Sequence record: OQ696342.1
Source: Escherichia phage vB_EcoS-K1_SXAU_B4
DNA: 44,581 nucleotides
Strand: one strand, 5' to 3'
How positions within the stretch are numbered: the stretch's first letter is position 1; each line of letters begins with the position of its first letter. A program made the translations under genes and the position numbers. This document shows, in pieces, positions 32,528 through 43,237 of this stretch. The notes beneath the pieces are model-generated. The model saw nothing but the letters and a program-made list of their open reading frames with translations, ran no database searches and was not told the DNA's origin.

Positions 32528-34729
32528 TTATGTAGTAAGATAAATTTTCATCTTTGTAATGTTAGTTAGCGCGGACGGTGCCGATATATTTAAGCGTATA
32601 GTGATAACCTCACCCACGATTGGGTCGCTGATAGTAGAATTAAGTAATCCTACCCCGCCTCCAATAACCCCATATTGTGCTAACACGCCGCCGCGATATA
32701 GCATGATGTTACCAGTTGTCGAGGGGGCGTCCAACGCGGCTGTTACTTCTATCTTAATAGATTTAACCCCCGCATCAGGAACGGTGATGGCCCCTGTAGA
32801 TGTGTTTACGATGTAGTGGTATCGGCCCATACGCACATTATCTACAGGATTGTTTCCCCACACAATAGTTGTATTTGTGCTAGCCGGTATGGATTGCGAT
32901 GTAACATTCGCCGCAGTTGCGAGAGTCTCCGGGTGAATCATAATCCCGCCAGCTACCCCCGCCTGATACCCCTTTAAACCTGTAGCAGTGTCAAACACGG
33001 TTTTACCTACTACGATGCGTACTTTTGAATTCCCCGCCGCGTTTACGTTATATCCGGTTCTTTGAGGGGATGTTAATGTGGCGTAAAAAAGCGAGCCGTC
33101 CGGTACAGATATAGCTCCAGCGTATTCTGTATCAAAAACATTAATAAGGCTGGACGCCTCTGGAACACCGCCGATGTACCCACCCGTGCAACCAATGATG
33201 CTCAGCTTACTGTTATACGACGCTGGTGAGGGGTATCCGAAGCGGTTGGCGATATTGCAAATAGGGGCGATAGTTTCAATAACGGCACCGGATATAGCTA
33301 CTTGACCATAAGGGTTACCATACGTAGGACTTAAGCACGGCCCCATGAGAATCATTTGTGTTGAAGAGTCAGAGTGCTGCTCTACGCTTCCGCCTTCAAT
33401 GCTAACAGCCCCGCCGTCGTTAATAATAGTAACTTTTTGCGCGTTTGTTATGCCGTCTATGGTATTAGACGCCAGAGTGCAACCTACGAACGATACCAGA
33501 GTTTGGGACCCAGAAACTTGAACAGGATTTACTGTAAATGGCGTTTTACAGTTCACAAACTGCATTTCAGATGTTTGTGCATCATTGTTAATTTCACCAA
33601 CACGGATACCGTTGCCGATGCGAATTGTTGTCAGATCGTTCACCGAGAAAAATGCGCAAATACCTAACGTCGGCTGTAAAATCCCCCCTGGAACCCCGCG
33701 AACGAGAAACCCTGAAATATAGGCGTTAGGGTTGTTTACCACTGGCCCTGATTGCGGTTTAGTAGTGATCGACCACGGCCCAGAAATGCTGGCGGCCACA
33801 ACATTTCGTATTTCAAACACCGCTTGTTGGCTATTGTCCGCGCCATTGCTGCCGCCGATAAATACTGCACCATCCATCACAAATGAGCAGTTAGTAACGT
33901 CCTGGAAAATAAAACTTGTTAAAGTTACGTATCGCCCCGCTGGAAACAGGAGTGTATAGAACAAGTTCGTACTTTTTGCAAAGTTATAGGCGTTAAGAAC
34001 CGCGGCGGTATCATCCGTCGCTGCGTCCCCTTTGGCACCGAACCATCTAACATTAATAGCTTCTGAAATTTGGTTTTCAGAGAGTGAAGTCTGGACCTGG
34101 CGTATTAGTCTGCCCCCACCGGAAACCGCGAATACCGTCCCCCCGTTTACCGCCAGTGTCTCATCAGAAGTGTATCTAAACACACCACCACCGCCGTCGT
34201 TTACTTCATCACGACCTTTGAATGTGTATATTGCCCCGTTTTTTAATTGATTAGCGACAGCCGAAGTAACAACATCGAAATACCCGTGCGCGTTTGATAC
34301 CAGGTTTACACCACCGGTGTTTGAAAGGTCGGTACGCAACATAAGGTCTGATACATTCACCCAAGTGGTGTCAGATTCCCCTCCAGTAGTAGCGGGTGAG
34401 GACCCCGCCGGGATAGTCTTAGGCAGTTCGCCGTGCCATGCGTAATACGCCCCGTTACTCGGGTATAGTACCACTTTATTTTGGTCGTTAGCCGTGAGGG
34501 TGCCGCCCGTAGAAAAATCGAAAGTTGCTACCGAGTACCCGATATCTCGCAAAACAGCCGGCATGGTCTTCTGCGTCTGACCAGTAACCTGGTTTGTCGC
34601 GTAATCAATATCTACCCCGCCGGCTACCCCGCCGGATTTGCCGGTGATAACCTCTGCCTCGAAAATCTGATGTTTTTTGGCGGTTTGCAAATCCGCCAGG
34701 CTTAAAACGTCACCGCATCCGCTTGACAT
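32528..34729 (-). CDS. Tail fiber / tailspike protein
   Basis: 733 aa, G/S/T/N-rich (beta-helix-like composition), last gene of the tail module; identity by position and composition. Confidence 0.6.
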   Translation of the reverse strand: MSSGCGDVLSLADLQTAKKHQIFEAEVITGKSGGVAGGVDIDYATNQVTGQTQKTMPAVLRDIGYSVATFDFSTGGTLTANDQNKVVLYPSNGAYYAWHGELPKTIPAGSSPATTGGESDTTWVNVSDLMLRTDLSNTGGVNLVSNAHGYFDVVTSAVANQLKNGAIYTFKGRDEVNDGGGGVFRYTSDETLAVNGGTVFAVSGGGRLIRQVQTSLSENQISEAINVRWFGAKGDAATDDTAAVLNAYNFAKSTNLFYTLLFPAGRYVTLTSFIFQDVTNCSFVMDGAVFIGGSNGADNSQQAVFEIRNVVAASISGPWSITTKPQSGPVVNNPNAYISGFLVRGVPGGILQPTLGICAFFSVNDLTTIRIGNGIRVGEINNDAQTSEMQFVNCKTPFTVNPVQVSGSQTLVSFVGCTLASNTIDGITNAQKVTIINDGGAVSIEGGSVEQHSDSSTQMILMGPCLSPTYGNPYGQVAISGAVIETIAPICNIANRFGYPSPASYNSKLSIIGCTGGYIGGVPEASSLINVFDTEYAGAISVPDGSLFYATLTSPQRTGYNVNAAGNSKVRIVVGKTVFDTATGLKGYQAGVAGGIMIHPETLATAANVTSQSIPASTNTTIVWGNNPVDNVRMGRYHYIVNTSTGAITVPDAGVKSIKIEVTAALDAPSTTGNIMLYRGGVLAQYGVIGGGVGLLNSTISDPIVGEVITIRLNISAPSALTNITKMKIYLTT

Positions 34730-34741
34730 ATAGAGTCCTCT

Positions 34742-37297
34742 TTAATTAAAACCATTGCTGAATCCGTCGGAGAAACCGCGGCCGAAAGGTGCGACGCCGT
34801 CGTATTTATAGAATCCGTCGTCATAGTTGTAGCCGGTAATCTTGACCGTGCGGTCGTCGCCAGGGTCGATTGAAGAAACAACTATCTTCTGAGCATTATG
34901 CCTTGCTTCGTTGCCGAATGAAAACTCAGTTTTTAGTGCGCTATTCCCTGTGTATATTGCTTCCTCCGGCGCGGAGAGCATAACCACCTCGCGGTCATGG
35001 CTTCCTTTGATAACGGAGATACTCTGCACCGAGCCATCGCGCTTCTTAAGGATGATGGAGTGGTCATCCCCCGGGGTAAACGTAACAGGCTGGGACAGCG
35101 TCAGCGTAAGCCCATTAACGGCGACAACATAGCCGTCCTGCGGCGCGATGCGGGAGCCTTTAACCACACTGATTACGCCGCCCGGGGTAGCGAGCGCACC
35201 TTCTTCGGTAGCTTCGAACTCTACGACAACTTTACTTAACGCATTGCGCTGATAACGACGCCACGCAAGCCAATACGCCTGCTGGTAGTTGCGCACGCCT
35301 TTCGATTCGTATTCCTCGGTGTTTGCGCCGAGTTCTTCCGGGATATAAATAGTTTCCTGTACGTTTGTATCCGGGTCTATGTATGAGAACGACAGGCTAT
35401 CGTAGGTCGTAGAATCGTTGAACGTGCGTGTCCATTTCTCTGTACCGGTAGTTTTGCTGCGGTGTGTGAACACCATCTCCGGCCCCGCAACAGGACGGTC
35501 GAATCGCAGCATAATATCCGCGCCTTTACGGTACGCAGTACAGAACACGGCTTCCGCTATGGTCTGAACTATGTCCTGCATCGTGGTGTCGTAGTCGTCA
35601 AACGTGTAGCAGAACTGCCCCGCTAATTCACTTCCGAAATAGGACTCAATTTCTTCCTGCACAGCAAGTAACTTGTCCATGTTTGCCGTTGTCAGTTCCA
35701 GATTGCCCACCGCCGGGTCGCGTGCCAGTCTGATTAGTGACTGCACTGCCTGAGTGTTCGGAGTCATTACCGTATCGAACACCCCATTACCAAGATATTT
35801 GTAGCACATCTCGGTCGCAATCATGCGCAGTTCCGGGTTGTCAATACTGGCCGCACGCGGTGTCTGTTTACGGGCGCAATGTACGGTAGTTCGGTTGCCG
35901 TAGTGTGGGGTTGTGTCCAGTGACTGCCCGTACAGGTTGATGAAGGTTATCTCGTCACTTACGGTACCGCCGTAGTCCTTGTCGAAATTAGTTACACGGC
36001 GCATGCGGGCGCGGAAACGCGACGCAGTAGGTAATTGCCCGTAGATAGACGTACCGACGTAATCCGTATTGTTGCCTGTAATTGTAGCCTGTACCGTGTA
36101 AATATCGCTCAACGGGTTACGCTGAGAATCAATCATCTGGTACTGGAGTTCCACCGTTACGCTGGTGCGGTTATAGCCGCCGTCGTATTTGTATAGGCCG
36201 TTCTGACCGGCAACGTTGGCCAGCACCCGGTCAACCTCTCCGCGAACCATGTAATACCAGTCCGTCAGGGATACGTCATAGGTGTTGCTTGGGCCTATAA
36301 ACGTATCTGAACGCTCCGTAAGTGCGTAAGTCTCTCCGCTATTAAGGTTTCCCCAATTACCTATATTCCCGACGTACAACCGAACCTCGAAGTCGTCGAC
36401 ATATAAAACCTCAAATGAGCCGTTCAGGTTAGTGACGTCCTTAACGTCAAAATTGCTCAGCACAGCGACATCGCCTACGTTAAGAAACTCAGAAAAGGCA
36501 GAGTCACCCGACGGGTCGTATAGGTAGCCGGTAGTTGAAATACGTTTGGCGGTTCCCCCGGAACTTGGGTTAGCCCCAATGTCGTTTGGCGCTTTCAGTA
36601 CAATACCGTCAACGTCGTCGTTGGAGTATGTCACATAGAGTTTCTGGTCAATGACGTCGCCGATTTGTAGTTGCGGTGATGTGGTGTTGTTCGGTGACGT
36701 ATACGGCGCGTATACGGCAACAGAGGAACCTGTGATATCGCTTATCAGGGTGTCGCCCTCTGTGACGCCATCAGCCTCGATATGCAGATGCCCGCGACCC
36801 GCGTCATAGTACGAATACTCCAGCAAAGCACCAGTGGAGTTGAACGCCTTATACGTCTGCATAAGGTCGTTGGGGATTGTCTGCACAGTCCCGCAGATGT
36901 CATAAGAGCGCTCGTAAGGACGCGGCTTGTTGGAGCGGTCTGTTAGGCTGTTATTCGGTGACGTTGTCTGGTTGTTAGTCGCCGTGTAGTTGGCGTTTGC
37001 AGACATATTCAACCCAAACAACTTAGCGATTGGCTTAAGGATAAAACCGAATACCTTCCCGATAGCGCTACCAATCCCACCACCAGCACCCTCAATAATG
37101 TGGTACACGGCGTCCTCGTCTTTAAGCGCGTCGAAGTCGTCCGTTACGTCTGTATCATCGCCAATCTCGCCGAGGTAGACGCGCACAGGTACGCCGTCCG
37201 GTATACGGTTGACGACAAACTCCATCGGCATCCCGACGTGTTTTGTACGGTCGAAAGCGCCATCAGCGTTTCGCGTGTAGTGCAGGATTATCGCCAA
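34742..37297 (-). CDS. Tail tip / central fiber protein (lambda gpI-like N-terminus fused to a gpJ-like body)
   Basis: 851 aa; N-terminus (VYHIIEGAGGGIGSAIGKVFGF) resembles the gpI glycine-rich region; position after the gpK-like gene. Confidence 0.6.
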   Translation of the reverse strand: MAIILHYTRNADGAFDRTKHVGMPMEFVVNRIPDGVPVRVYLGEIGDDTDVTDDFDALKDEDAVYHIIEGAGGGIGSAIGKVFGFILKPIAKLFGLNMSANANYTATNNQTTSPNNSLTDRSNKPRPYERSYDICGTVQTIPNDLMQTYKAFNSTGALLEYSYYDAGRGHLHIEADGVTEGDTLISDITGSSVAVYAPYTSPNNTTSPQLQIGDVIDQKLYVTYSNDDVDGIVLKAPNDIGANPSSGGTAKRISTTGYLYDPSGDSAFSEFLNVGDVAVLSNFDVKDVTNLNGSFEVLYVDDFEVRLYVGNIGNWGNLNSGETYALTERSDTFIGPSNTYDVSLTDWYYMVRGEVDRVLANVAGQNGLYKYDGGYNRTSVTVELQYQMIDSQRNPLSDIYTVQATITGNNTDYVGTSIYGQLPTASRFRARMRRVTNFDKDYGGTVSDEITFINLYGQSLDTTPHYGNRTTVHCARKQTPRAASIDNPELRMIATEMCYKYLGNGVFDTVMTPNTQAVQSLIRLARDPAVGNLELTTANMDKLLAVQEEIESYFGSELAGQFCYTFDDYDTTMQDIVQTIAEAVFCTAYRKGADIMLRFDRPVAGPEMVFTHRSKTTGTEKWTRTFNDSTTYDSLSFSYIDPDTNVQETIYIPEELGANTEEYESKGVRNYQQAYWLAWRRYQRNALSKVVVEFEATEEGALATPGGVISVVKGSRIAPQDGYVVAVNGLTLTLSQPVTFTPGDDHSIILKKRDGSVQSISVIKGSHDREVVMLSAPEEAIYTGNSALKTEFSFGNEARHNAQKIVVSSIDPGDDRTVKITGYNYDDGFYKYDGVAPFGRGFSDGFSNGFN

Positions 37298-37653
37298 AAT
37301 TCAATCTCCGTGTACGTGTCTCTGAGGTCCGCCAGCCTGTCAAGTCGCACCTGACGTGAAGCAAGCTCGCAATGGCTCACCATCCCGTCGAAGTAAACTC
37401 CTGCGTGCCACACGATACGACCACCACGGCGATATCCCATAAGCACCGCACAGAAGTTTTCAGGCTTATCAATTTTTGTAAGCCCCTTCGTGTCACGGTG
37501 GCCTTCGTCAAACGCTTCGTTAATCGCCGTTGGGCTTGTAACGTCGAACGCCGGTGTTTCTAACCCGGCATCCGCTCGTACAATGCGCACGTGATGCCAG
37601 CAATTGCGTTTGCGAAAGTCGTAAGGTATGCCCGTGTAGTCGTTAATATTCAT
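37288..37653 (-). CDS. Tail assembly protein (lambda gpK-like, NlpC/P60-type Cys/His residues)
   Basis: 121 aa; CWHH...H pattern; position in the lambda-like order. Confidence 0.5.
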   Translation of the reverse strand: MNINDYTGIPYDFRKRNCWHHVRIVRADAGLETPAFDVTSPTAINEAFDEGHRDTKGLTKIDKPENFCAVLMGYRRGGRIVWHAGVYFDGMVSHCELASRQVRLDRLADLRDTYTEIEFWR

Positions 37654-38180
37654 GTGGTCAACAGGCCGCGTAATAACGGTATCTCTTTAGGTGTCATCAG
37701 TATACCAGTGCTTCGTTGGTTCAGCATAGGTGTACCGACATCCGCGGAGAACCCGCCTTTCTCCTGGTTGATGGCCTGCAACTCATACACGACAGGCCCG
37801 TCAGCCGGATAAGACAGGTCGGTGCTGACGTAACGACGGAAGACGAATTTAGGTAACTCAGTATTACTCATAGGGATTTTATCCATCTCATCATCCAGTT
37901 GATTGAGAATATCCGGTAGAGTAAACGTCGTCGTCTGGTCCATATCACTATTGTTCGAAGCACCCGACGCTTCCATCGGGGTGGGTTCGAACGTGATAGT
38001 TTCGCCGGTCTCCAGTGTTGCCGTAAGTTCCTGTAACCCGCGCACAAGATAATACGTCTTTGACAGCAACGGGTGGCTGATTTGCAACGTAATGTAGTCC
38101 ATCTCGCCGTCGGGATTCGAGGCCAGCTTACGGCGATAGGCGGCTTCTACTGATTCCTGACTCATTGCATCGGGTCCCAA
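37650..38180 (-). CDS. Minor tail protein (lambda gpL-like, by position)
   Basis: 176 aa ORF following the gpM-like gene. Confidence 0.45.
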   Translation of the reverse strand: MGPDAMSQESVEAAYRRKLASNPDGEMDYITLQISHPLLSKTYYLVRGLQELTATLETGETITFEPTPMEASGASNNSDMDQTTTFTLPDILNQLDDEMDKIPMSNTELPKFVFRRYVSTDLSYPADGPVVYELQAINQEKGGFSADVGTPMLNQRSTGILMTPKEIPLLRGLLTT

Positions 38181-38662
38181 ATTCGTGGAAACGTTGACTG
38201 CGCGGTTCCGTATGCCTTAAGGAAACATCCCAGCCCGTCGCCATAGCAACCGTACAAATCTGGTAGATTGCGAACAAGGCACTGGTTATCTTCGTCCTGG
38301 AACGGCGATTTCTCTGCGGTTGCCGTGAAAGTAATCGTCCAGTTAATGCCGTCTTCGGTGGACTCGGCGATGGTGGACGTAATGGTTACCTGATAGTCCT
38401 CAATACCCATGCCGAAGTCGTGCGCCATCCAGAAACTTGACGCACCGCCGTCTACTTTTTCGAGGAACGACAGAAACGCCTGCCGTCCCAGTGCCGATGT
38501 AATCAGGGTTACGCTTATCGGAAACACGTCGTAATATGTGTCACGGCCCTGACGCACCCCGCCACCAGCTAAATCAACGCTCCAGACGTTGTTACGTCTG
38601 GTCATTGAGTAGCCTTTCGATACAATGGGCTTAAGACTACGTGGGAAATATAAGTCAGTCAT
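38162..38662 (-). CDS. Minor tail protein (lambda gpM-like, by position)
   Basis: 166 aa ORF immediately after the tape measure gene. Confidence 0.45.
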   Translation of the reverse strand: MTDLYFPRSLKPIVSKGYSMTRRNNVWSVDLAGGGVRQGRDTYYDVFPISVTLITSALGRQAFLSFLEKVDGGASSFWMAHDFGMGIEDYQVTITSTIAESTEDGINWTITFTATAEKSPFQDEDNQCLVRNLPDLYGCYGDGLGCFLKAYGTAQSTFPRIWDPMQ

Positions 38663-40950
38663 TATTTGAACCCCGGCGCGTTTCTTGTGGCCTTTCTGGC
38701 CTTGCTAATCTTACTGTTGCTGTTCTGCAAAGATGCGGCAACTTGCTCTTCGATGATGATACGCAAACGGCCTTCATCGTCCTGCTCAGTGGATACGTTG
38801 CCGATTTGAGAACTCGTATTGTTTACGATGGTAACATTAGACGGGCCGGAAGAAGACCCGTTTTGCCCCATAATTTCTTTCATCTGCTGTGCAGTGCGTA
38901 CACGTGACGCACCAGCAGGCATGATAACTTCGGGTTTACCGCGTTCAGCGATGGTGGAAGCCTGCCCCGCAGATAACTGACCGCCTTGTTCACGGGCGGA
39001 CCTGATAGCGGAAATCTGCGCCATACCCGCCCCAACGGCAGCGGCGGCAGCTACAGGAGCCAGGAACGGGCCGACTACAGGGATGGCAGCCGTTGACTTA
39101 TACGCCTCAATAGCCGCGGTGTATGTGGCTATGGTGGCCTGTACGATAGCGAACGCCTTGTATGCACCGGAAGCCTCGCCCAACGCCGAACCGATGTTTG
39201 AAGCCATGTTACCAAAGGCGGTTGCCGTTGCGTCGGCGCGCTTCGTAGCATACTGCTCATTGATAGCGTTAAGTGCCGCCTGATACTGTTCCTCGTTAAT
39301 CAGCCCCTGTTCGCGGTACTTATCGGCAACAGCCAGTTTCTGCTGTTCCTGGATGTCTAGAAGCTCAAGTTCAGTAGCGTTCTGACCCATAATCTGAGCC
39401 ATGAAGTCGTCACCTTTCTGCTGCTTTTCCTGGACTTCTTTCTGCCGTTTATCCAGTTCATCTTGCCGTTTTTGTCCGGCTTCGAGGACGATAGCTGTTT
39501 TAGCCTGTTCGTATTCTTTCAGTGACAACGCGCCCTGACTGTAAAACTCTTTTGCTTTAGCCAGTTTCTGCTGTTCCTGGGCGTCAATAGCCTTTAACTC
39601 GTCGTTGTTCTGACGCGCCAAAGTGTCGAGGTAATCTTGCGCCTGTTTGCGCAATTGCTCCGCTTTCTTAGCAGCAGCTTTCGCGTCTTTGTCGTTGGTA
39701 TTCCCGGCCCCACCAGTTCCACCCTTTTTATTAACAAGGCTGGCTAGGTCGATTTCTTGCTTCTTGCGCTCGTCGTACTGCTTGCGCTGTTCCTCAATTT
39801 CTTTCTTACGCTGCTTAGACCTGTTGGTAATGGCCTGTGATTCGGCCTCCGCGCGTTTTATGCTGGCGGCGTATGCGGCGTCGGCTTCTGCGGTCAGGTT
39901 TTTAAACGTGAGCGCTGCCGTTTTGCTAGGGTCAAACACGTCAGCAAGGGTCTGCCCTAACGCTACGGCATAATCGTCAATGCGCTGGAACCACGCAATA
40001 ACCTCGTGGAATGTCTGCTGAATATCAGGCAGCCATTCACGAATGGCATCTGGGATGGTACCCAGCGAGTCGGACATATCCACGGATTTGTCCTCGGTAT
40101 CGTATGCCAGGTCGTTTAAGGCATCAGAAATAAACTTGAACGATTCATTGAACAGTGTCACCCAATCCTGAAGCGTGGCGGCTATCTCATTAGATGCGAT
40201 GGCGTCGGTAAGCGCCGTGATAGCATCTTCCGCGGTCGCAGCTTGCTCGCCTACGGCGTCGCCGAAACCTGATTGCGCCACCGCAAGTACAAGGCCGTCA
40301 AAGGAGTCCGCCAGGCTCGACAACTGACCATCTAATGTCTTCGAGCGCGTCTCCATCGCTCCGGCGAAATCAGTGTTACCGATGTTTAACAGGTATTTCT
40401 GAATCTCTTCGGAGTTCTTCTTAACCGTGGTGGTAACACCGCGGAACGTGAACGACACTGTATCTGCCTGCTGTGACGACTTGATACCAAACTCTTTCAG
40501 TCGCTCAAACTCAAATGTACTGGCGTCCGCCACGGCCTCAATCATCTGATTAAGGTCTTTACCCATAGCCGCCGCGGTGTTGCCGTAGGAGATTAACGCC
40601 TCTTTGCTGGGGTTCAGACCGAGCGCAACTAGCTTGGTAAACCCCTCTACCGCCTGGTTGAGACCGTACGGTGTTTCTTTTGCAAACTGTTGCAGGACGC
40701 TGAAAGCCTTAGCCGCGTTCTCGGCACTCCCGGTCATTGTGATGAGACCGGAGTTCAGCTTATCGAAGTTGCGCTGTGAGTCCACAAGCGCGCTGAACAC
40801 CTGCTTAGCGGTTTCCAGACTGACAACGGCAGCGGCGGCGGCCCCCGCCGCCTTAGTAAGCCCGTTCAGTTGTGATGTGGTTTTATCGACGCCGGTCGAT
40901 GATACTCGTACTATTAAACTAGCGGTATCAGCCATGATTTCTACCTTCAA
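38662..40950 (-). CDS. Tail tape measure protein
   Basis: 762 aa, alanine-rich with long coiled-coil-like stretches; position between the chaperones and distal tail genes. Confidence 0.85.
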   Translation of the reverse strand: MKVEIMADTASLIVRVSSTGVDKTTSQLNGLTKAAGAAAAAVVSLETAKQVFSALVDSQRNFDKLNSGLITMTGSAENAAKAFSVLQQFAKETPYGLNQAVEGFTKLVALGLNPSKEALISYGNTAAAMGKDLNQMIEAVADASTFEFERLKEFGIKSSQQADTVSFTFRGVTTTVKKNSEEIQKYLLNIGNTDFAGAMETRSKTLDGQLSSLADSFDGLVLAVAQSGFGDAVGEQAATAEDAITALTDAIASNEIAATLQDWVTLFNESFKFISDALNDLAYDTEDKSVDMSDSLGTIPDAIREWLPDIQQTFHEVIAWFQRIDDYAVALGQTLADVFDPSKTAALTFKNLTAEADAAYAASIKRAEAESQAITNRSKQRKKEIEEQRKQYDERKKQEIDLASLVNKKGGTGGAGNTNDKDAKAAAKKAEQLRKQAQDYLDTLARQNNDELKAIDAQEQQKLAKAKEFYSQGALSLKEYEQAKTAIVLEAGQKRQDELDKRQKEVQEKQQKGDDFMAQIMGQNATELELLDIQEQQKLAVADKYREQGLINEEQYQAALNAINEQYATKRADATATAFGNMASNIGSALGEASGAYKAFAIVQATIATYTAAIEAYKSTAAIPVVGPFLAPVAAAAAVGAGMAQISAIRSAREQGGQLSAGQASTIAERGKPEVIMPAGASRVRTAQQMKEIMGQNGSSSGPSNVTIVNNTSSQIGNVSTEQDDEGRLRIIIEEQVAASLQNSNSKISKARKATRNAPGFK

Positions 40951-41317
40951 AGATTGCTTCTAAGCCCATGATAATGTCTATCTCGAACAGGCTAAGCTGT
41001 TTTTGCGTAACATCGAGATAGGCTTTCAGGTCTTGCCACGTAACGGATTCTCTTGCAAACAATACTACAGCGTCCTCGCGCACGTGTCGCGTAAACTTAA
41101 TGTCGCAATACGTCTCAAAGGTGGATATAAAAAGGGGTGGGCATTCTGGCCCACCCCGTCGCGCTGCACGTTTTTTCTTATCGATTACACCCATCGCGAT
41201 AAGCGCCTGTTCGTGTCCGTCAGCTATAGAATCAAACTCTCTGATTTTATGCTTATCAACGAACTCGTAGGTGGCGAACCTGTACAGCGCGTCTACTTTT
41301 CCTGTAATGCTTTGCGC
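40928..41317 (-). CDS. Possible -1 frameshift extension of the tail assembly chaperone (G/GT-like)
   Basis: The -1 frame is open from 41317 and overlaps the chaperone's last 8 codons; a non-canonical slippery stretch G GAA AAG is in the overlap; alternatively an independent 88-aa gene from ATG 41194. Confidence 0.35.
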   Translation of the reverse strand, partial: AQSITGKVDALYRFATYEFVDKHKIREFDSIADGHEQALIAMGVIDKKKRAARRGGPECPPLFISTFETYCDIKFTRHVREDAVVLFARESVTWQDLKAYLDVTQKQLSLFEIDIIMGLEAIFEGRNHG

Positions 41318-41709
41318 TCAGCGTTATGAAACGCGGCAACCTGTGTGCCTAAGGCCTTGAACTGGTCGAGCAATTTGTTAAACGCCTCCTTAGAGAAAGG
41401 CTCGTCAAAGCTCCAGCCGTTTACGACTTCTGCCGCAAGTTGCCGGTTGAGGTCTTCCGCCAGTTCGTTAACCGCCAGGTTATATTCAGTATAGTCGCCG
41501 GATTCTTTGGCGGCTTTTTCCAGTTCTTCAAAACGCGCTAGCCCGCGGCGGTACGCGATAATGAAAGCACGCCCCGCTTTAACGGCGGCATCCGCATCCG
41601 GATTTACAACATTAAGCCACTCACCGGAGTCTTCGCCATTCGGCAGGAGAATCGGCATCTTCTTGCCTACCAGTGCTTTCTCTTCGAAATAAAAATCAGA
41701 AAGTTTCAT
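41293..41709 (-). CDS. Tail assembly chaperone
   Basis: 138 aa acidic protein immediately upstream of the tape measure gene. Confidence 0.55.
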   Translation of the reverse strand: MKLSDFYFEEKALVGKKMPILLPNGEDSGEWLNVVNPDADAAVKAGRAFIIAYRRGLARFEELEKAAKESGDYTEYNLAVNELAEDLNRQLAAEVVNGWSFDEPFSKEAFNKLLDQFKALGTQVAAFHNAERKALQEK

Positions 41710-41817
41710 TCTTTAATCCTTTGGTTAAGAGGTTACAGGTTATCGATAAATGCGCCAGACGGGAACCACCCGCTTTTCGTGTGCGACACTAGGCGCAAAC
41801 TTATTCTAGCACATTAC

Positions 41818-41846
41818 TTGCACACCCCAATATAATAGGGTACTAT
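41818..41846 (+). promoter_or_regulatory. Sigma70-type promoter TTGCAC-N17-TACTAT (cassette family copy)
   Basis: Near-identical to the 6731 and 8886 cassettes. Confidence 0.6.
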
Positions 41847-41876
41847 TCACTTACACCAACAATGAAGGGGTTTAAA

Positions 41877-42068
41877 ATGTCCAGTTTACCAGTTTCCTTA
41901 ATTCTGTTCGCACTGCTTGCTTATTTCGCACCTTTCCTGGTTGCGTACTTCCGTAATCATAAAGCGAAGTTAGCGATATTCATGGCCAATCTGTTTCTTG
42001 GTTGGATTCTGCTGCCGTGGGTATTTATTTTAATCTGGGCGTGCAACTCGAATGTTAACGAGAAGTGA
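41877..42068 (+). CDS. Small membrane protein, superinfection-immunity (Imm)-like
   Basis: 63 aa from ATG 41877 (RBS AAGGGG); YFAPFLVAYFRNHKAKLAIFMANLFLGWILLPWVFILIWA resembles the remembered Imm family pattern; the ORF track starts at 41862. Confidence 0.5.
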   Translation: MSSLPVSLILFALLAYFAPFLVAYFRNHKAKLAIFMANLFLGWILLPWVFILIWACNSNVNEK

Positions 42069-42106
42069 GCTAGCATAGGACAAATCCTAAACACGAGGAC
42101 GTAAGC

Positions 42107-43237
42107 ATGGCCCAGAAGAAAATAACCGACGAACAGTTACAGGAAGAATTGAACGCCGGAGTTAAAACTATCGATATAGCCCGTAAATACTGCATCTCAG
42201 ACCGCGTTATTCGTATACGTAAAGCTAAGCTGGCTAAGAAAGGCGTGGGGCACGGTCGCGACGTTAGTCATCTTGTGCCAGACGGTTACAAGATTAAAGG
42301 CACGTCGTCACTGGTAGACGAGTTCGGCAACACTAAGCTGCAATGGGTTAAGACCGACACCGATGCTGAACGTCAGGTCGAGTTGATGAAAGCCGTAATT
42401 GAAGGCATGAAGTCGGAGATTACGCCAGTTTCACCGGTTAAAGCAGCCCGCGCCAAACGTGATGACAAACTACTTAATCTTTACACTGTGTCTGATTTCC
42501 ATCTCGGTATGCTGGCGTGGGCCGACGAGAGCGGCGACGACTGGGATATGAAAATTGCGGAAGACCTGTTCTCCCGTTGGTTTGACGCAGCGTTTCAGAA
42601 AGCGCCTGACGCGGGAACAGGGGTTATTAACCTGCTGGGTGACTTCGCGCACTTCGATAGCCTGGATGCCGTTACACCTGAGTCGCGTCACGTGTTGGAC
42701 GCAGACACTCGCTACCAGAAACTTGTCCGCTACATGATTCGTATGGTCCGCCGTGTGGTAGATATGGCGCTGGTTAAACATAAAACCGTTCGCTTGCTTA
42801 TCGTACAAGGGAACCATGACCCTGTAGGCTCTGTATGGCTGGCAGAAATGTTCACGACTTTATACTCAAACGACAGCCGAGTGATTGTCGATACGTCGCC
42901 GGATGTTTACAAGATGGTGCAACACGGCAAAACGACTCTGTTCTTTCATCATGGGCATAAAGCACGATTCGACGCTATTGAACCAGTTATGATTGCCAAG
43001 TTCCGAAAAGCATTTGGCGAGAGTGTTTACAGCTACGCCCACGTAGGCCACCTGCACCATCAGAAGATTGTAGAAAGCCGTAACATGATTGTTGAGCAGC
43101 ACCGCACCCTTGCGGCGAAAGACGCCTACGCCTCTCGCGGTGGATGGATGTCGGCCCGGAGTGCAAATGTAATTACTTATAGCGCCGAATATGGTGAGGT
43201 CGCACGTTTAACTATTTCACCGGAGATGCTGGGATGA
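42107..43237 (+). CDS. Calcineurin-like metallophosphoesterase with an N-terminal HTH-like region
   Basis: 376 aa; motifs VSDFHLG, LLGDFAHFD, QGNHD, HHGH, GHLHH. Confidence 0.65.
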   Translation: MAQKKITDEQLQEELNAGVKTIDIARKYCISDRVIRIRKAKLAKKGVGHGRDVSHLVPDGYKIKGTSSLVDEFGNTKLQWVKTDTDAERQVELMKAVIEGMKSEITPVSPVKAARAKRDDKLLNLYTVSDFHLGMLAWADESGDDWDMKIAEDLFSRWFDAAFQKAPDAGTGVINLLGDFAHFDSLDAVTPESRHVLDADTRYQKLVRYMIRMVRRVVDMALVKHKTVRLLIVQGNHDPVGSVWLAEMFTTLYSNDSRVIVDTSPDVYKMVQHGKTTLFFHHGHKARFDAIEPVMIAKFRKAFGESVYSYAHVGHLHHQKIVESRNMIVEQHRTLAAKDAYASRGGWMSARSANVITYSAEYGEVARLTISPEMLG

